Positions 20,578 to 33,500 of a stretch of 64,000 nt of DNA are shown here, in pieces. A program made the position numbers and the translations under genes. This DNA comes from Cyanophora paradoxa CCMP329 (lineage: Eukaryota > Plantae > Glaucophyta): NCBI GenBank assembly GCA_004431415.1, contig QPMI01000035.1, positions 186,001 through 250,000 of the forward strand, written 5' to 3'. The notes below the pieces were generated by a model. That model saw nothing but the letters and a program-made list of their open reading frames with translations, searched no databases and was not told the DNA's origin. Numbering within the stretch: the first letter of the stretch is position 1; each line of letters starts with the position of its first letter.

Positions 20578-20809
20578 CAGCCACAGCGCCCTTCTGTCCC
20601 AAGAGCTTTCTCTCTCTCACCGTGGCACACACACCGACAGCTCTCTCCCTTAGCGTAGCTCTTCTTCTGTCCAAGAGCACATGCCTGTGAGTACATGCCC
20701 CGCGTCCTCTGACAGAATTTCGAGGGGATCCCCAGGGGGAGGAATCTCAGAGCCTCATAGTCTCCCGAGTCCCGCATGCGCATCCTCTCTTGCAATTGCA
20801 TTAAGTTCA

Positions 20810-23800
20810 TGATAAGCGCTAATTATAATGTCCCACATGCGCACTGCGCGTGCGGCATCCTCTCTTACATTTGGCATGTTACTACTAAGTTAGCCGCTCA
20901 AAGGAAATCCACAAAATATATACTGCACGCTTATAGCCAGCCCGGCACAAGTACTTATAAATAACATTACGTACAGTGCTCGTGCACCAATATACATGCA
21001 TATGCATATGCATGCCGCACCGAGGCACATGTACAGCCTGCACGGGCCGGCCAGCGACTGCATGCGCATGCGGGACCGGCGGCCGGCGGCACGCTGCTGG
21101 CCTCGGCGCGGGACCTATAACTGACATGCGTGAATATTGCCTATTATTTTGGGCCAGCGAATTCAGTTTTATGGTTATCTTTGGGCTTCGCAGAATATCG
21201 AGGGGACAGATTAGCGCTAATGTGTCCCATTCTCGCTGGCGCTTTTAATCTGGCATGTGAGCAGCTCAACGGAAATCTTTGAAATACTGCACGCTCGGAA
21301 TTACAAGTTATATCGAAAGCCGGCCCAGCACAAGCACTTATACGTGATATCACAGCGCTCGTGCATCAATCATTGAATATCATAGTATATATGCGTGCTG
21401 CACGGGCCAGCGGCCGCGGGCTGGCGGCAACCTGCCGTACGCGTGGAGCCAGAGGCGCAGGACCTCTGCCTATAACTGACATGCGTGAATATTGCTAATT
21501 GTTTTGGGCCAGCGACTTCAGTTTTATGGTTATCTTTTGCCTCTGCAGAATATCGAGGGGGGAGATTAGCGCTAATGTCCCGCATCCTCTCTCGAATTTG
21601 GCATGTTATAATTAGCAGCTCAAAGGAAATACACAAAATATTGCACGCTCGGAATTATCTCGAAAGCCGGTCGCGGCCCGGCACAAGTACTTATAAATAA
21701 CATTACGCACAGTGCTCGTGCACCAATATACATGCATATGCATATGCATGCCGCACAGCCTGCACGGGCCAGCGACTGCGCATGCGGGACGGGCGGCCGG
21801 CGGCACGCTGCTGGCCTCAGGACCTATAACTGACATGCGTGAATATTGCCTATTATTTTGGGCCAGCGAATTCGATCAGTTTTATGGTTATCTTTGGGCT
21901 TTGCAGAATATCGAGGGGACAGATTAGCGCTAATGTGTCCCATTCTCGCTGGCGCTTTTAATCTGGCATGTGAGCAGCTCAACGGAAATCTTTGAAATAC
22001 TGCACGCTCGGAATTACAAGTTATATCGAAAGCCGGCCCAGCACAAGCACTTATACGTGATATCACAGCGCTCGTGCATCAATCATTGAATATATATGCG
22101 TGCTGCACGGGCCAGCGGCCGCGGGCTGGCGGCAACCTGCCTGTGCCGGGCCGCGACCGGCTTTCGAGATAATTCCGAGCGTGCAGTATTTTGTGTATTT
22201 CCTTTGAGCTGCTAATTATAACATGCCAAATGCGAGAGAGGATGCGGGACATTAGCGCTAATCTCCCCCCTCGATATTCTGCAGAGGCAAAAGATAACCA
22301 TAAAACTGAAGTCGCTGGCCCAAAACAATTAGCAATATTCACGCATGTCAGTTATAGGCAGAGGTGTGCTCGTGCACCAATATACATGCATATGCATATG
22401 CATGCCGCACAGCCTGCACGGGCCAGCGACTGCGCATGCGGGACGGGCGGCCGGCGGCACGCTGCTGGCCTCAGGACCTATAACTGACATGCGTGAATAT
22501 TGCCTATTATTTTGGGCCAGCGAATTCGATCAGTTTTATGGTTATCTTTGGGCTTTGCAGAATATCGAGGGGACAGATTAGCGCTAATGTGTCCCATTCT
22601 CGCTGGCGCTTTTAATCTGGCATGTGAGCAGCTCAACGGAAATCTTTGAAATACTGCACGCTCGGAATTACAAGTTATATCGAAAGCCGGCCCAGCACAA
22701 GCACTTATACGTGATATCACAGCGCTCGTGCATCAATCATTGAATATCATAGTATATATGCGTGCTGCACGGGCCAGCGGCCGCGGGCTGGCGGCAACCT
22801 GCCGTACGCGTGGAGCCAGAGGCGCAGGACCTCTGCCTATAACTGACATGCGTGAATATTGCTAATTGTTTTGGGCCAGCGACTTCAGTTTTATGGTTAT
22901 CTTTTGCCTCTGCAGAATATCGAGGGGGGAGATTAGCGCTAATGTCCCGCATCCTCTCTCGCATTTGGCATGTTATAATTAGCAGCTCAAAGGAAATACA
23001 CAAAATATTGCACGCTCGGAATTATCTCGAAAGCCGGTCGCGGCCCGGCACAAGTACTTATAAATAACATTACGCACAGTGCTTGTGCACCAATATACAT
23101 GCATATGCATATGCATGCATGCCGCACAGCCTGCACGGGCCAGCGACTGCGCATGCGGGACGGGCGGCCGGCGGCACGCTGCTGGCCTCAGGACCTATAA
23201 CTGACATGCGTGAATATTGCCTATTATTTTGGGCCAGCGAATTCGATCAGTTTTATGGTTATCTTTGGGCTTTGCAGAATATCGAGGGGACAGATTAGCG
23301 CTAATGTGTCCCATTCTCGCTGGCGCTTTTAATCTGGCATGTGAGCAGCTCAACAGAAATCTTTGAAATACTGCACGCTCGGAATTACAAGTTATATCGA
23401 AAGCCGGCCCAGCACAAGCACTTATACGTGATATCACAGCGCTCGTGCATCAATCATTGAATATATATGCGTGCTGCACGGGCCAGCGGCCGCGGGCTGG
23501 CGGCAACCTGCCGTACGCGTGGAGCCAGAGGCGCAGGACCTCTGCCTATAACTGACATGCGTGAATATTGCTAATTGTTTTGGGCCAGCGACTTCAGTTT
23601 TATGGTTATCTTTTGCCTCTGCAGAATATCGAGGGGGGAGATTAGCGCTAATGTCCCGCATCCTCTCTCGCATTTGGCATGTTATAATTAGCAGCTCAAA
23701 GGAAATACACAAAATATTGCACGCTCGGAATTATCTCGAAAGCCGGTCGCGGCCCGGCACAAGTACTTATAAATAACATTACGCACAGTGCTTGTGCACC

Positions 23801-26800
23801 AATATACATGCATATGCATATGCATGCATGCCGCACAGCCTGCACGGGCCAGCGACTGCGCATGCGGGACGGGCGGCCGGCGGCACGCTGCTGGCCTCAG
23901 GACCTATAACTGACATGCGTGAATATTGCCTATTATTTTGGGCCAGCGAATTCGATCAGTTTTATGGTTATCTTTGGGCTTTGCAGAATATCGAGGGGAC
24001 AGATTAGCGCTAATGTGTCCCATTCTCGCTGGCGCTTTTAATCTGGCATGTGAGCAGCTCAACGGAAATCTTTGAAATACTGCACGCTCGGAATTACAAG
24101 TTATATCGAAAGCCGGCCCAGCACAAGCACTTATACGTGATATCACAGCGCTCGTGCATCAATCATTGAATATATATGCGTGCTGCACGGGCCAGCGGCC
24201 GCGGGCTGGCGGCAACCTGCCGTACGCGTGGAGCCAGAGGCGCAGGACCTCTGCCTATAACTGACATGCGTGAATATTGCTAATTGTTTTGGGCCAGCGA
24301 CTTCAGTTTTATGGTTATCTTTTGCCTCTGCAGAATATCGAGGGGGAGATTAGCGCTAATGTCCCGCATCCTCTCTCGCATTTGGCATGTTATAATTAGC
24401 AGCTCAAAGGAAATACACAAAATATTGCACGCTCGGAATTATCTCGAAAGCCGGTCGCGGCCCGGCACAAGTACTTATAAATAACATTACGCACAGTGCT
24501 CGTGCACCAATATACATGCATATGCATATGCATGCCGCACAGCCTGCACGGGCCAGCGACTGCGCATGCGGGACGGGCGGCCGGCGGCACGCTGCTGGCC
24601 TCAGGACCTATAACTGACATGCGTGAATATTGCCTATTATTTTGGGCCAGCGAATTCGATCAGTTTTATGGCTATCTTTGGGCTTTGCAGAATATCGAGG
24701 GGACAGATTAGCGCTAATGTGTCCCATTCTCGCTGGCGCTTTTAATCTGGCATGTGAGCAGCTCAACGGAAATCTTTGAAATACTGCACGCTCGGAATTA
24801 CAAGTTATATCGAAAGCCGGCCCAGCACAAGCACTTATACGTGATATCACAGCGCTCGTGCATCAATCATTGAATATATATGCGTGCTGCACGGGCCAGC
24901 GGCCGCGGGCTGGCGGCAACCTGCCGTACGCGTGGAGCCAGAGGCGCAGGACCTCTGCCTATAACTGACATGCGTGAATATTGCTAATTGTTTTGGGCCA
25001 GCGACTTCAGTTTTATGGTTATCTTTTGCCTCTGCAGAATATCGAGGGGGGAGATTAGCGCTAATGTCCCGCATCCTCTCTCGCATTTGGCATGTTATAA
25101 TTAGCAGCTCAAAGGAAATACACAAAATATTGCACGCTCGGAATTATCTCGAAAGCCGGTCGCGGCCCGGCACAAGTACTTATAAATAACATTACGCACA
25201 GTGCTTGTGCACCAATATACATGCATATGCATATGCATGCCGCACAGCCTGCACGGGCCAGCGACTGCGCATGCGGGACGGGCGGCCGGCGGCACGCTGC
25301 TGGCCTCAGGACCTATAACTGACATGCGTGAATATTGCCTATTATTTTGGGCCAGCGAATTCGATCAGTTTTATGGTTATCTTTGGGCTTTGCAGAATAT
25401 CGAGGGACAGATTAGCGCTAATGTGTCCCATTCTCGCTGGCGCTTTTAATCTGGCATGTGAGCAGCTCAACGGAAATCTTTGAAATACTGCACGCTCGGA
25501 ATTACAAGTTATATCGAAAGCCGGCCCAGCACAAGCACTTATACGTGATATCACAGCGCTCGTGCATCAATCATTGAATATATATGCGTGCTGCACGGGC
25601 CAGCGGCCGCGGGCTGGCGGCAACCTGCCGTACGCGTGGAGCCAGAGGCGCAGGACCTCTGCCTATAACTGACATGCGTGAATATTGCTAATTGTTTTGG
25701 GCCAGCGACTTCAGTTTTATGGTTATCTTTTGCCTCTGCAGAATATCGAGGGGGGAGATTAGCGCTAATGTCCCGCATCCTCTCTCGCATTTGGCATGTT
25801 ATAATTAGCAGCTCAAAGGAAATACACAAAATACTGCACGCTCGGAATTATCTCGAAAGCCGGTCGCGGCCCGGCACAAGTACTTATAAATAACATTACG
25901 CACAGTGCTCGTGCACCAATATACATGCATATGCATATGCATGCCGCACCTGCTGGCCTCAGGACCTATAACTGACATGCGTGAATATTGCCTATTATTT
26001 TGGGCCAGCGAATTCGATCAGTTTTATGGTTATCTTTGGGCTTTGCAGAATATCGAGGGGACAGATTAGCGCTAATGTGTCCCATTCTCGCTGGCGCTTT
26101 TAATCTGGCATGTGAGCAGCTCAACGGAAATCTTTGAAATACTGCACGCTCGGAATTACAAGTTATATCGAAAGCCGGCCCAGCACAAGCACTTATACGT
26201 GATATCACAGCGCTCGTGCATCAATCATTGAATATATATGCGTGCTGCACGGGCCAGCGGCCGCGGGCTGGCGGCAACCTGCCGTACGCGTGGAGCCAGA
26301 GGCGCAGGACCTCTGCCTATAACTGACATGCGTGAATATTGCTAATTGTTTTGGGCCAGCGACTTCAGTTTTATGGTTATCTTTTGCCTCTGCAGAATAT
26401 CGAGGGGGGAGATTAGCGCTAATGTCCCGCATCCTCTCTCGCATTTGGCATGTTATAATTAGCAGCTCAAAGGAAATACACAAAATACTGCACGCTCGGA
26501 ATTATCTCGAAAGCCGGTCGCGGCCCGGCACAAGCACTTATAAATAACATTACGTACAGTGCTCGTGCACCAATATACATGCATATGCATATGCATGCCG
26601 CACAGCCTGCACGGGCCAGCGACTGCGCATGCGGGACGGGCGGCCGGCGGCACGCTGCTGGCCTCAGGACCATCATTGAATATATATGCGCGCTGCACGG
26701 GCCAGCGGCCGCGGGCTGGCGGCAACCTGCCGTACGCGTGGAGCCAGAGGCGCAGGACCTCTGCCTATAACTGACATGCGTGAATATTGCTAATTGTTTT

Positions 26801-29540
26801 GGGCCAGCGACTTCAGTTTTATGGTTATCTTTTGCCTCTGCAGAATATCGAGGGGGGAGATTAGCGCTAATGTCCCGCATCCTCTCTCGCATTTGGCATG
26901 TTATAATTAGCAGCTCAAAGGAAATACACAAAATATTGCACGCTCGGAATTATCTCGAAAGCCGGTCGCGGCCCGGCACAAGTACTTATAAATAACATTA
27001 CGCACAGTGCTCGTGCACCAATATACATGCATATGCATATGCATGCCGCACAGCCTGCACGGGCCAGCGACTGCGCATGCGGGACGGGCGGCCGGCGGCA
27101 CGCTGCTGGCCTCAGGACCTATAACTGACATGCGTGAATATTGCCTATTATTTTGGGCCAGCGAATTCGATCAGTTTTATGGTTATCTTTGGGCTTTGCA
27201 GAATATCGAGGGGACAGATTAGCGCTAATGTGTCCCATTCTCGCTGGCGCTTTTAATCTGGCATGTGAGCAGCTCAACGGAAATCTTTGAAATACTGCAC
27301 GCTCGGAATTACAAGTTATATCGAAAGCCGGCCCAGCACAAGCACTTATACGTGATATCACAGCGCTCGTGCATCAATCATTGAATATATATGCGTGCTG
27401 CACGGGCCAGCGGCCGCGGGCTGGCGGCAACCTGCCGTACGCGTGGAGCCAGAGGCGCAGGACCTCTGCCTATAACTGACATGCGTGAATATTGCTAATT
27501 GTTTTGGGCCAGCGACTTCAGTTTTATGGTTATCTTTTGCCTCTGCAGAATATCGAGGGGGGAGATTAGCGCTAATGTCCCGCATCCTCTCTCGCATTTG
27601 GCATGTTATAATTAGCAGCTCAAAGGAAATACACAAAATACTGCACGCTCGGAATTATCTCGAAAGCCGGTCGCGGCCCGGCACAAGTACTTATAAATAA
27701 CATTACGCACAGTGCTCGTGCACCAATATACATGCATATGCATATGCATGCCGCACAGCCTGCACGGGCCAGCGACTGCGCATGCGGGACGGGCGGCCGG
27801 CGGCACGCTGCTGGCCTCAGGACCTATAACTGACATGCGTGAATATTGCCTATTATTTTGGGCCAGCGAATTCGATCAGTTTTATGGTTATCTTTGGGCT
27901 TTGCAGAATATCGAGGGGACAGATTAGCGCTAATGTGTCCCATTCTCGCTGGCGCTTTTAATCTGGCATGTGAGCAGCTCAACGGAAATCTTTGAAATAC
28001 TGCACGCTCGGAATTACAAGTTATATCGAAAGCCGGCCCAGCACAAGCACTTATACGTGATATCACAGCGCTCGTGCATCAATCATTGAATATATATGCG
28101 TGCTGCACGGGCCAGCGGCCGCGGGCTGGCGGCAACCTGCCGTACGCGTGGAGCCAGAGGCGCAGGACCTCTGCCTATAACTGACATGCGTGAATATTGC
28201 TAATTGTTTTGGGCCAGCGACTTCAGTTTTATGGTTATCTTTTGCCTCTGCAGAATATCGAGGGGGAGATTAGCGCTAATGTCCCGCATCCTCTCTCGCA
28301 TTTGGCATGTTATAATTAGCAGCTCAAAGGAAATACACAAAATACTGCACGCTCGGAATTATCTCGAAAGCCGGTCGCGGCCCGGCACAAGCACTTATAA
28401 ATAACATTACGTACAGTGCTCGTGCACCAATATACATGCATATGCATATGCATGCCGCACAGCCTGCACGGGCCAGCGACTGCGCATGCGGGACGGGCGG
28501 CCGGCGGCACGCTGCTGGCCTCAGGACCATCATTGAATATATATGCGCGCTGCACGGGCCAGCGGCCGCGGGCTGGCGGCAACCTGCCGTACGCGTGGAG
28601 CCAGAGGCGCAGGACCTCTGCCTATAACTGACATGCGTGAATATTGCTAATTGTTTTGGGCCAGCGACTTCAGTTTTATGGTTATCTTTTGCCTCTGCAG
28701 AATATCGAGGGGGGAGATTAGCGCTAATGTCCCGCATCCTCTCTCGCATTTGGCATGTTATAATTAGCAGCTCAAAGGAAATACACAAACTACTGCACGC
28801 TCGGAATTATCTCGAAAGCCGGCCGCGGCCCGGCACAAGTACTTATAAATAACATTACGTATACGTACAGTGCTCGTGCACCAATATACCGTAGTACATG
28901 CATATGCATATGCATGCCGCCGCGGCGCACAGCCTGCACGGGCCAGCGACTGCGCATGCGGGACGGGCGGCCGGCGGCACGCTGCTGGCCTCAGGACCTA
29001 TAACTGACATGCGTGAATATTGCCTATTATTTTGGGCCAGCGAATTCGATCAGTTTTATGGTTATCTTTGGGCTTTGCAGAATATCGAGGGGACAGATTA
29101 GCGCTAATGTGTCCCATTCTCGCTGGCGCTTTTAATCTGGCATGTGAGCAGCTCAACGGAAATCTTTGAAATACTGCACGCTCGGAATTACAAGTTATAT
29201 CGAAAGCCGGCCCAGCACAAGCACTTATACGTGATATCACAGCGCTCGTGCATCAATCATTGAATATATATGCGTGCTGCATGGGCCAGCGGCCGCGGGC
29301 TGGCGGCAACCTGCCGTGGAGCCAGAGGCGCAGGACCTCTGCCTATAACTGACATGCGTGAATATTGCTAATTGTTTTGGGCCAGCGACTTCAGTTTTAT
29401 GGTTATCTTTGGCCTCTGCAGAATATCGAGGGGGGAGATTAGCGCTAATGTCCCGCATCCTCGATCTCTCGCATTTGGCATGTTATAATTAGCAGCTCAA
29501 AGGAAATACACAAAATACTGCACGCTCGGAATTATCTCGG
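20810..29540 (+). repeat. Tandem satellite, ~24 monomers of ~350 bp in two types (A/B) forming a ~705-bp dimer
   Basis: The anchor ctataactgacatgcgtgaatat recurs at ~21115, 21470, 21825, 22478, 22837, 23195, 23546, 23904, 24255, 24608, 24959, 25313, 25663, 25966, 26317, 26765, 27119, 27470, 27824, 28175, 28622, 28998 and 29343. Edge copies are more diverged. Confidence 0.97.
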
Positions 29541-29821
29541 ACTGCGGCCGGTAGTAGCCCGGTACCTGTCAGTGGCTGCAGCTGTCACGTGCACAGGCCT
29601 AGGCATGCGTGAATCGATCTACCGGTATATATATATATATATGATATGTCCTGCTCATTGTTTTGAGCCGCGACTTCGCAGCCAAGTCTCTGCGCATGAT
29701 CACTGATCATAGTCAATTGCAACTCCCGGACCGGATATCGATCGGAGCCCCTTGACTGATGAGTGAAGAGAACCTCAACGATCGGTTCTCATTACTTGCG
29801 ATATCGATCACAATTAAAATT

Positions 29822-29914
29822 TTGAAGTTATAATTTCCGGCCACGTGCACAGTCTCAGAGTCTCTAGATCTCGATCTAGACACCAATGTCACACCGTCAC
29901 TACGGGGGCTGCCC
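29822..29914 (-). mobile_element. Degenerate 3' end of an A-tailed retroposon family
   Basis: Reverse-complement match to gggcagcccccgcagtgctggtgtctagagactgtggccggtaattcacc(A)n seen at ~51619-51675. Confidence 0.65.
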
Positions 29915-30133
29915 GGCCCCGCTCGGCCTTGCTATAGGGGGCTCATGTGTGAGTCATGATCACACAGTGCACGTGTGAGTAGTACACTGAGTCGATCGCT
30001 GACTGACGTCGACACTGAGCCAGTGAGTCGACGTCATGCATATGCAGCGGCAGCTGCCGCAGTGCAGCCTGCAGTCGGCCGCGCGCAAATATTGCACCGT
30101 ACTAATTTATAAGCGGCCTACTTGCCTGTACAC

Positions 30134-30189
30134 GCCCCCACAGTGCTGGAGTAGACTAGAGGCTGTGGCCGGTAATTCACCAAAAAAAA
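30134..30189 (+). mobile_element. 3' end of the same A-tailed retroposon family
   Basis: gcccccacagtgctggag...agaggctgtggccggtaattcacc-A8. Confidence 0.7.
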
Positions 30190-30589
30190 TACTTTAATTA
30201 ATTTTGCACGTTCGATTTATAATCGATCAGCCGCTAGCTATATATAGCGCTAGCTAGCGCTGATCATGAGCGATATCGATTGCGAATTGCAATTGGCGTC
30301 ATCATCTGCTCGATTAAAAAAAAGATGCGCGATCGATCGAGTCGATTCGCGACTCGGAGCCTTCTCATTGCTCGGCGATCGCTTTGTGTTCGGCGCCATA
30401 CCCAGCGAGTCCGACCTCTAACAAAGAGCTGCTGGGCCGGCGATCGCTTCTGGGTTCTCAGTTCTAACGGTCGCCGCGGGCTTGACGTCCACCGCCTTCT
30501 CATTGGCCAAGCGATCGCTGCTTTTCGGTGTCTTATGCCCGACTCCGCAGCATGTCGACCCCAGGAGCACTCTCTTTGGGGAGGAAGAG

Positions 30590-33500
30590 ATGGAGTGGAC
30601 CTCCAGCTCATCTCCCAATCCCCTTCTGGCGGGCCGCACGGCGGGTGGTGGCCTCGGGGGCGGCCTCGGGGGCAGCACGGCAAGCGGCGGCGCTCGCTCC
30701 AGCCTTGAGCTTGTCCCCACGCTGACCGGCGCGGCGGGGGCCGGTGCGACGCGGGGGAGAGGGGTACTGCCCGCCCCTCCCCCCGGCCCCGCCCCTCCCC
30801 CCGACCCCGCCCATCCCCCGGGCCCCGCCCCTCCATCTCCCCCCGACCCCGCCCCTCCCCCCGGCCCCGCCCCTCCCCCCGACCCCGCCCATCCCCCGGG
30901 CCCCGCCCCTCCATCTCCCCCCGACCCCGCCCCTCCCCCCGGCCCTGCCCCTCCCCCGGCCCTGCCCTCCCCCGGCCCTGCCCCTCCCCCGGCCCCGGAC
31001 CCAGTGTACACCGCCGCCACGATGTTGGTGCACGAGCCCGGAGGCCTAACTGCTGCATCTCTCATATGTTGTGCAGCTTTGGACCCCATGCTGCACTACG
31101 TAGAGGGCGTTCTCATCAACTTGCCCCCACCTCAAGCCTTGCAAGCGCTGCGGGACTTGTTCGTGGAAACGAATGGAGAACAGCGAGGCGACATATTTCA
31201 AAGTTGTGTTGATTGGCTCGATCTGGTGCACGGATTTGTCAGAGTACCTATGATGTCAGCTCATGCTCGTGTAGATAACAGCACAGGCGGCTCAAGCTCA
31301 GGCTAGGTCTTGCCGAGTGCGGTTTCGCGGCGAACCGGCCCGGGACCGGACCCTGGACGAGCTCAATGCTCTGAAGCAATTCTTGAGCTCGGTGCAGTTC
31401 TTACTGCAACTTATCTTGCGATTCTGTTCTGAATATGATCTTAGGTGGCGCTCGAGTCGACACGCCAGCAAGAGGCTGCACGCAATGTAAACGACGGCAA
31501 CGGTGACGAGACAAAGAGTTCTTCGCATTACGAGGAACTCATTGACATTGATGTGAGCTTCTATTGTTCTTCCATCGTGTGAATGTACTGAATGCCGATG
31601 CAGTGCGCATTTCTTGGCCTTGGTTCTGTAGGCGAGCACGGGCAATTCGAAGTGGACAAGGAAATGCGAGACAAGCATCACGATTGGCTAAAGGAGCGAG
31701 CCAAGTGGTTCTACAAGAACAAGATCTACGCCCGTGAGAGGAGATTGCGTGAAATAGACCTGGCAAGTTTGACATGCTTGCTGCTTGCTGCATCTGCTGA
31801 TTGTGTCTTTGTGTGCAGGTAATCTTGGCTCTGGAGTTCCAGGAACCCGCAGCGCCTCGTGCAGATAGCCGCTCGTATGCTGTACAATCGAAGCTGTACC
31901 TCTCCCAATGGATCGAGCTGTACTTCTTTGGTCAGTCAGGCGGCGAGTCGCTTGATTTCTACTGTGAGTTGCATTTGAATGACTGCTAAGTGGCGCTTCG
32001 TTGTGGTCTAACTGCATTGCAGCTCCTGTCGATGGCGATATCCGGTCAGCTGCAGCGGTGCTCACACAACTTCTTGCCTGGCGACCTGCAGAGGCAGATA
32101 TGGAGCGCGAGCCAGCTCGAGCTCAGTCTCTTGCTGATGCATTCCTGGAGGTGACATTCTTCATCTAAATCTTGTACTTCGTCGAGCTCAACTTCACGCT
32201 CAGGTTAAGAATGGTCAGGCCCAAGTCAATCTGCCACGCATGCAGGCAACTCTCGGGCTCAGCCAGCAAGCTTTAAATCTAGGCACAACAGAAGAAGCAA
32301 AGGAGCAGCTCCGAAGTCTGATCCGCTTACTTCAGTCAGCGCAACAGCAGACAAGCGAAGGCGAGTCACTCCAACTTTGGTGCGCGGGGGGCCGCGGGGG
32401 GGGGGGTACGCCATCGTTTCTGATCTGATCTTCCTGTCACAGGTTGCATGCATGTATCGAGCTTACGGCAGCGGCTGTGGAGGACATGTTGGCGCAAGAG
32501 ATGCCAAGAGAGAAGGGGCGTAAGAGAAAGGCGCGGGCGGGTCTCTCGGAGTTCGAAGAAGTCAAGAGGCTGGTGGAGAAGTGCCAGTCGGGAACAGGAA
32601 ACAAGAACGTCAACAGCGGCGCCGGCAGACCAATCGACGAAAAGGCTTTGCAGCGCATCCGCACGAGTGGGATGGAGGTCCTGCGCCTGCTTGCCGGGCC
32701 AGCGAGCAGCATCTCCATTGGCATCTTCTTCTCAAGCCTTGTCCGCATCGCTCGATTCCGACGGTGGGCAACAACCATCAACCAGCTCATCTTCAAGGGC
32801 CTCGTCGATCTCGCACTGGCAATCGACGAGGATGAACACGGAGATGCAAGGAGGGCCCGAGCTCAGTGGGAGGCAAGGCGGGATGCCGGGGAGGACCCCG
32901 GAGCAGCCCCCCACCCAGCACCGAGGCCGCTGAAGGTACAGAATCTTCGATACCCCCTAGCGATTAACCCACAACCGAACCGTGCCTGCCTTTCGGTCTC
33001 TTGGCAGGCGTGCCACGAGGCGCTCGCGAATCCGGCGGCTGTCTATCGCGAGGACCCGGAGAACGAGGCCTTCACAAGGATACGCTCCAAGCCCGAGATA
33101 GCATGCCAGCGCTGAAGCAAGTCACAGCGGCGCTGGAGCAGATCGGTGCAAAGTCGGACGTCCCCAATCACCGCCTCTTGAACCGCGGGGACCGATCCCA
33201 CAGCTCCGGAGAGGAGTATCCGGAGGTGGACGAACTGGGGGCGACCGCGTTCAAGGTGAGGGTCGACAAAGTACAGGAGGTGAGCACGTTCCTGGCGCCA
33301 TCGTCGTCGCGGCGGCTCACGCAATTCGCAGCCAAATGCGCAGGGGATTATGGAGGAGGTGGAGCAAGAGGTCGAGCTGTACGTCCGCCCACCGTACACG
33401 CGACGGAACAAGGCCGTGTGGATGGGAACAGCCGAGCGCCCCATTCCAATACCCCTCCTCTCCTTGCTCTACAGACGGTATGTGTACCCCGCCCGTCATG

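Noticed and set aside
21485-21700. Recurrent 71-aa ORF in A monomers, also open in the lone monomer
   Set aside because: GTG start in a eukaryote, broken by 1-bp indels in some copies and absent from B monomers. The frame-preserving indels are explained by 6-bp scars.
20810-29540. CRISPR-like array or tandem gene cluster
   Set aside because: No unique spacers: whole ~350-bp units repeat. No cas-like gene nearby, and no rRNA/tRNA/snRNA motif that I recognise.
29822-30189. TIR element defined by inverted termini
   Set aside because: Both ends are copies of the A-tailed retroposon 3' end that occurs singly, with a TSD, at 52669. Two opposite insertions are the simpler explanation.
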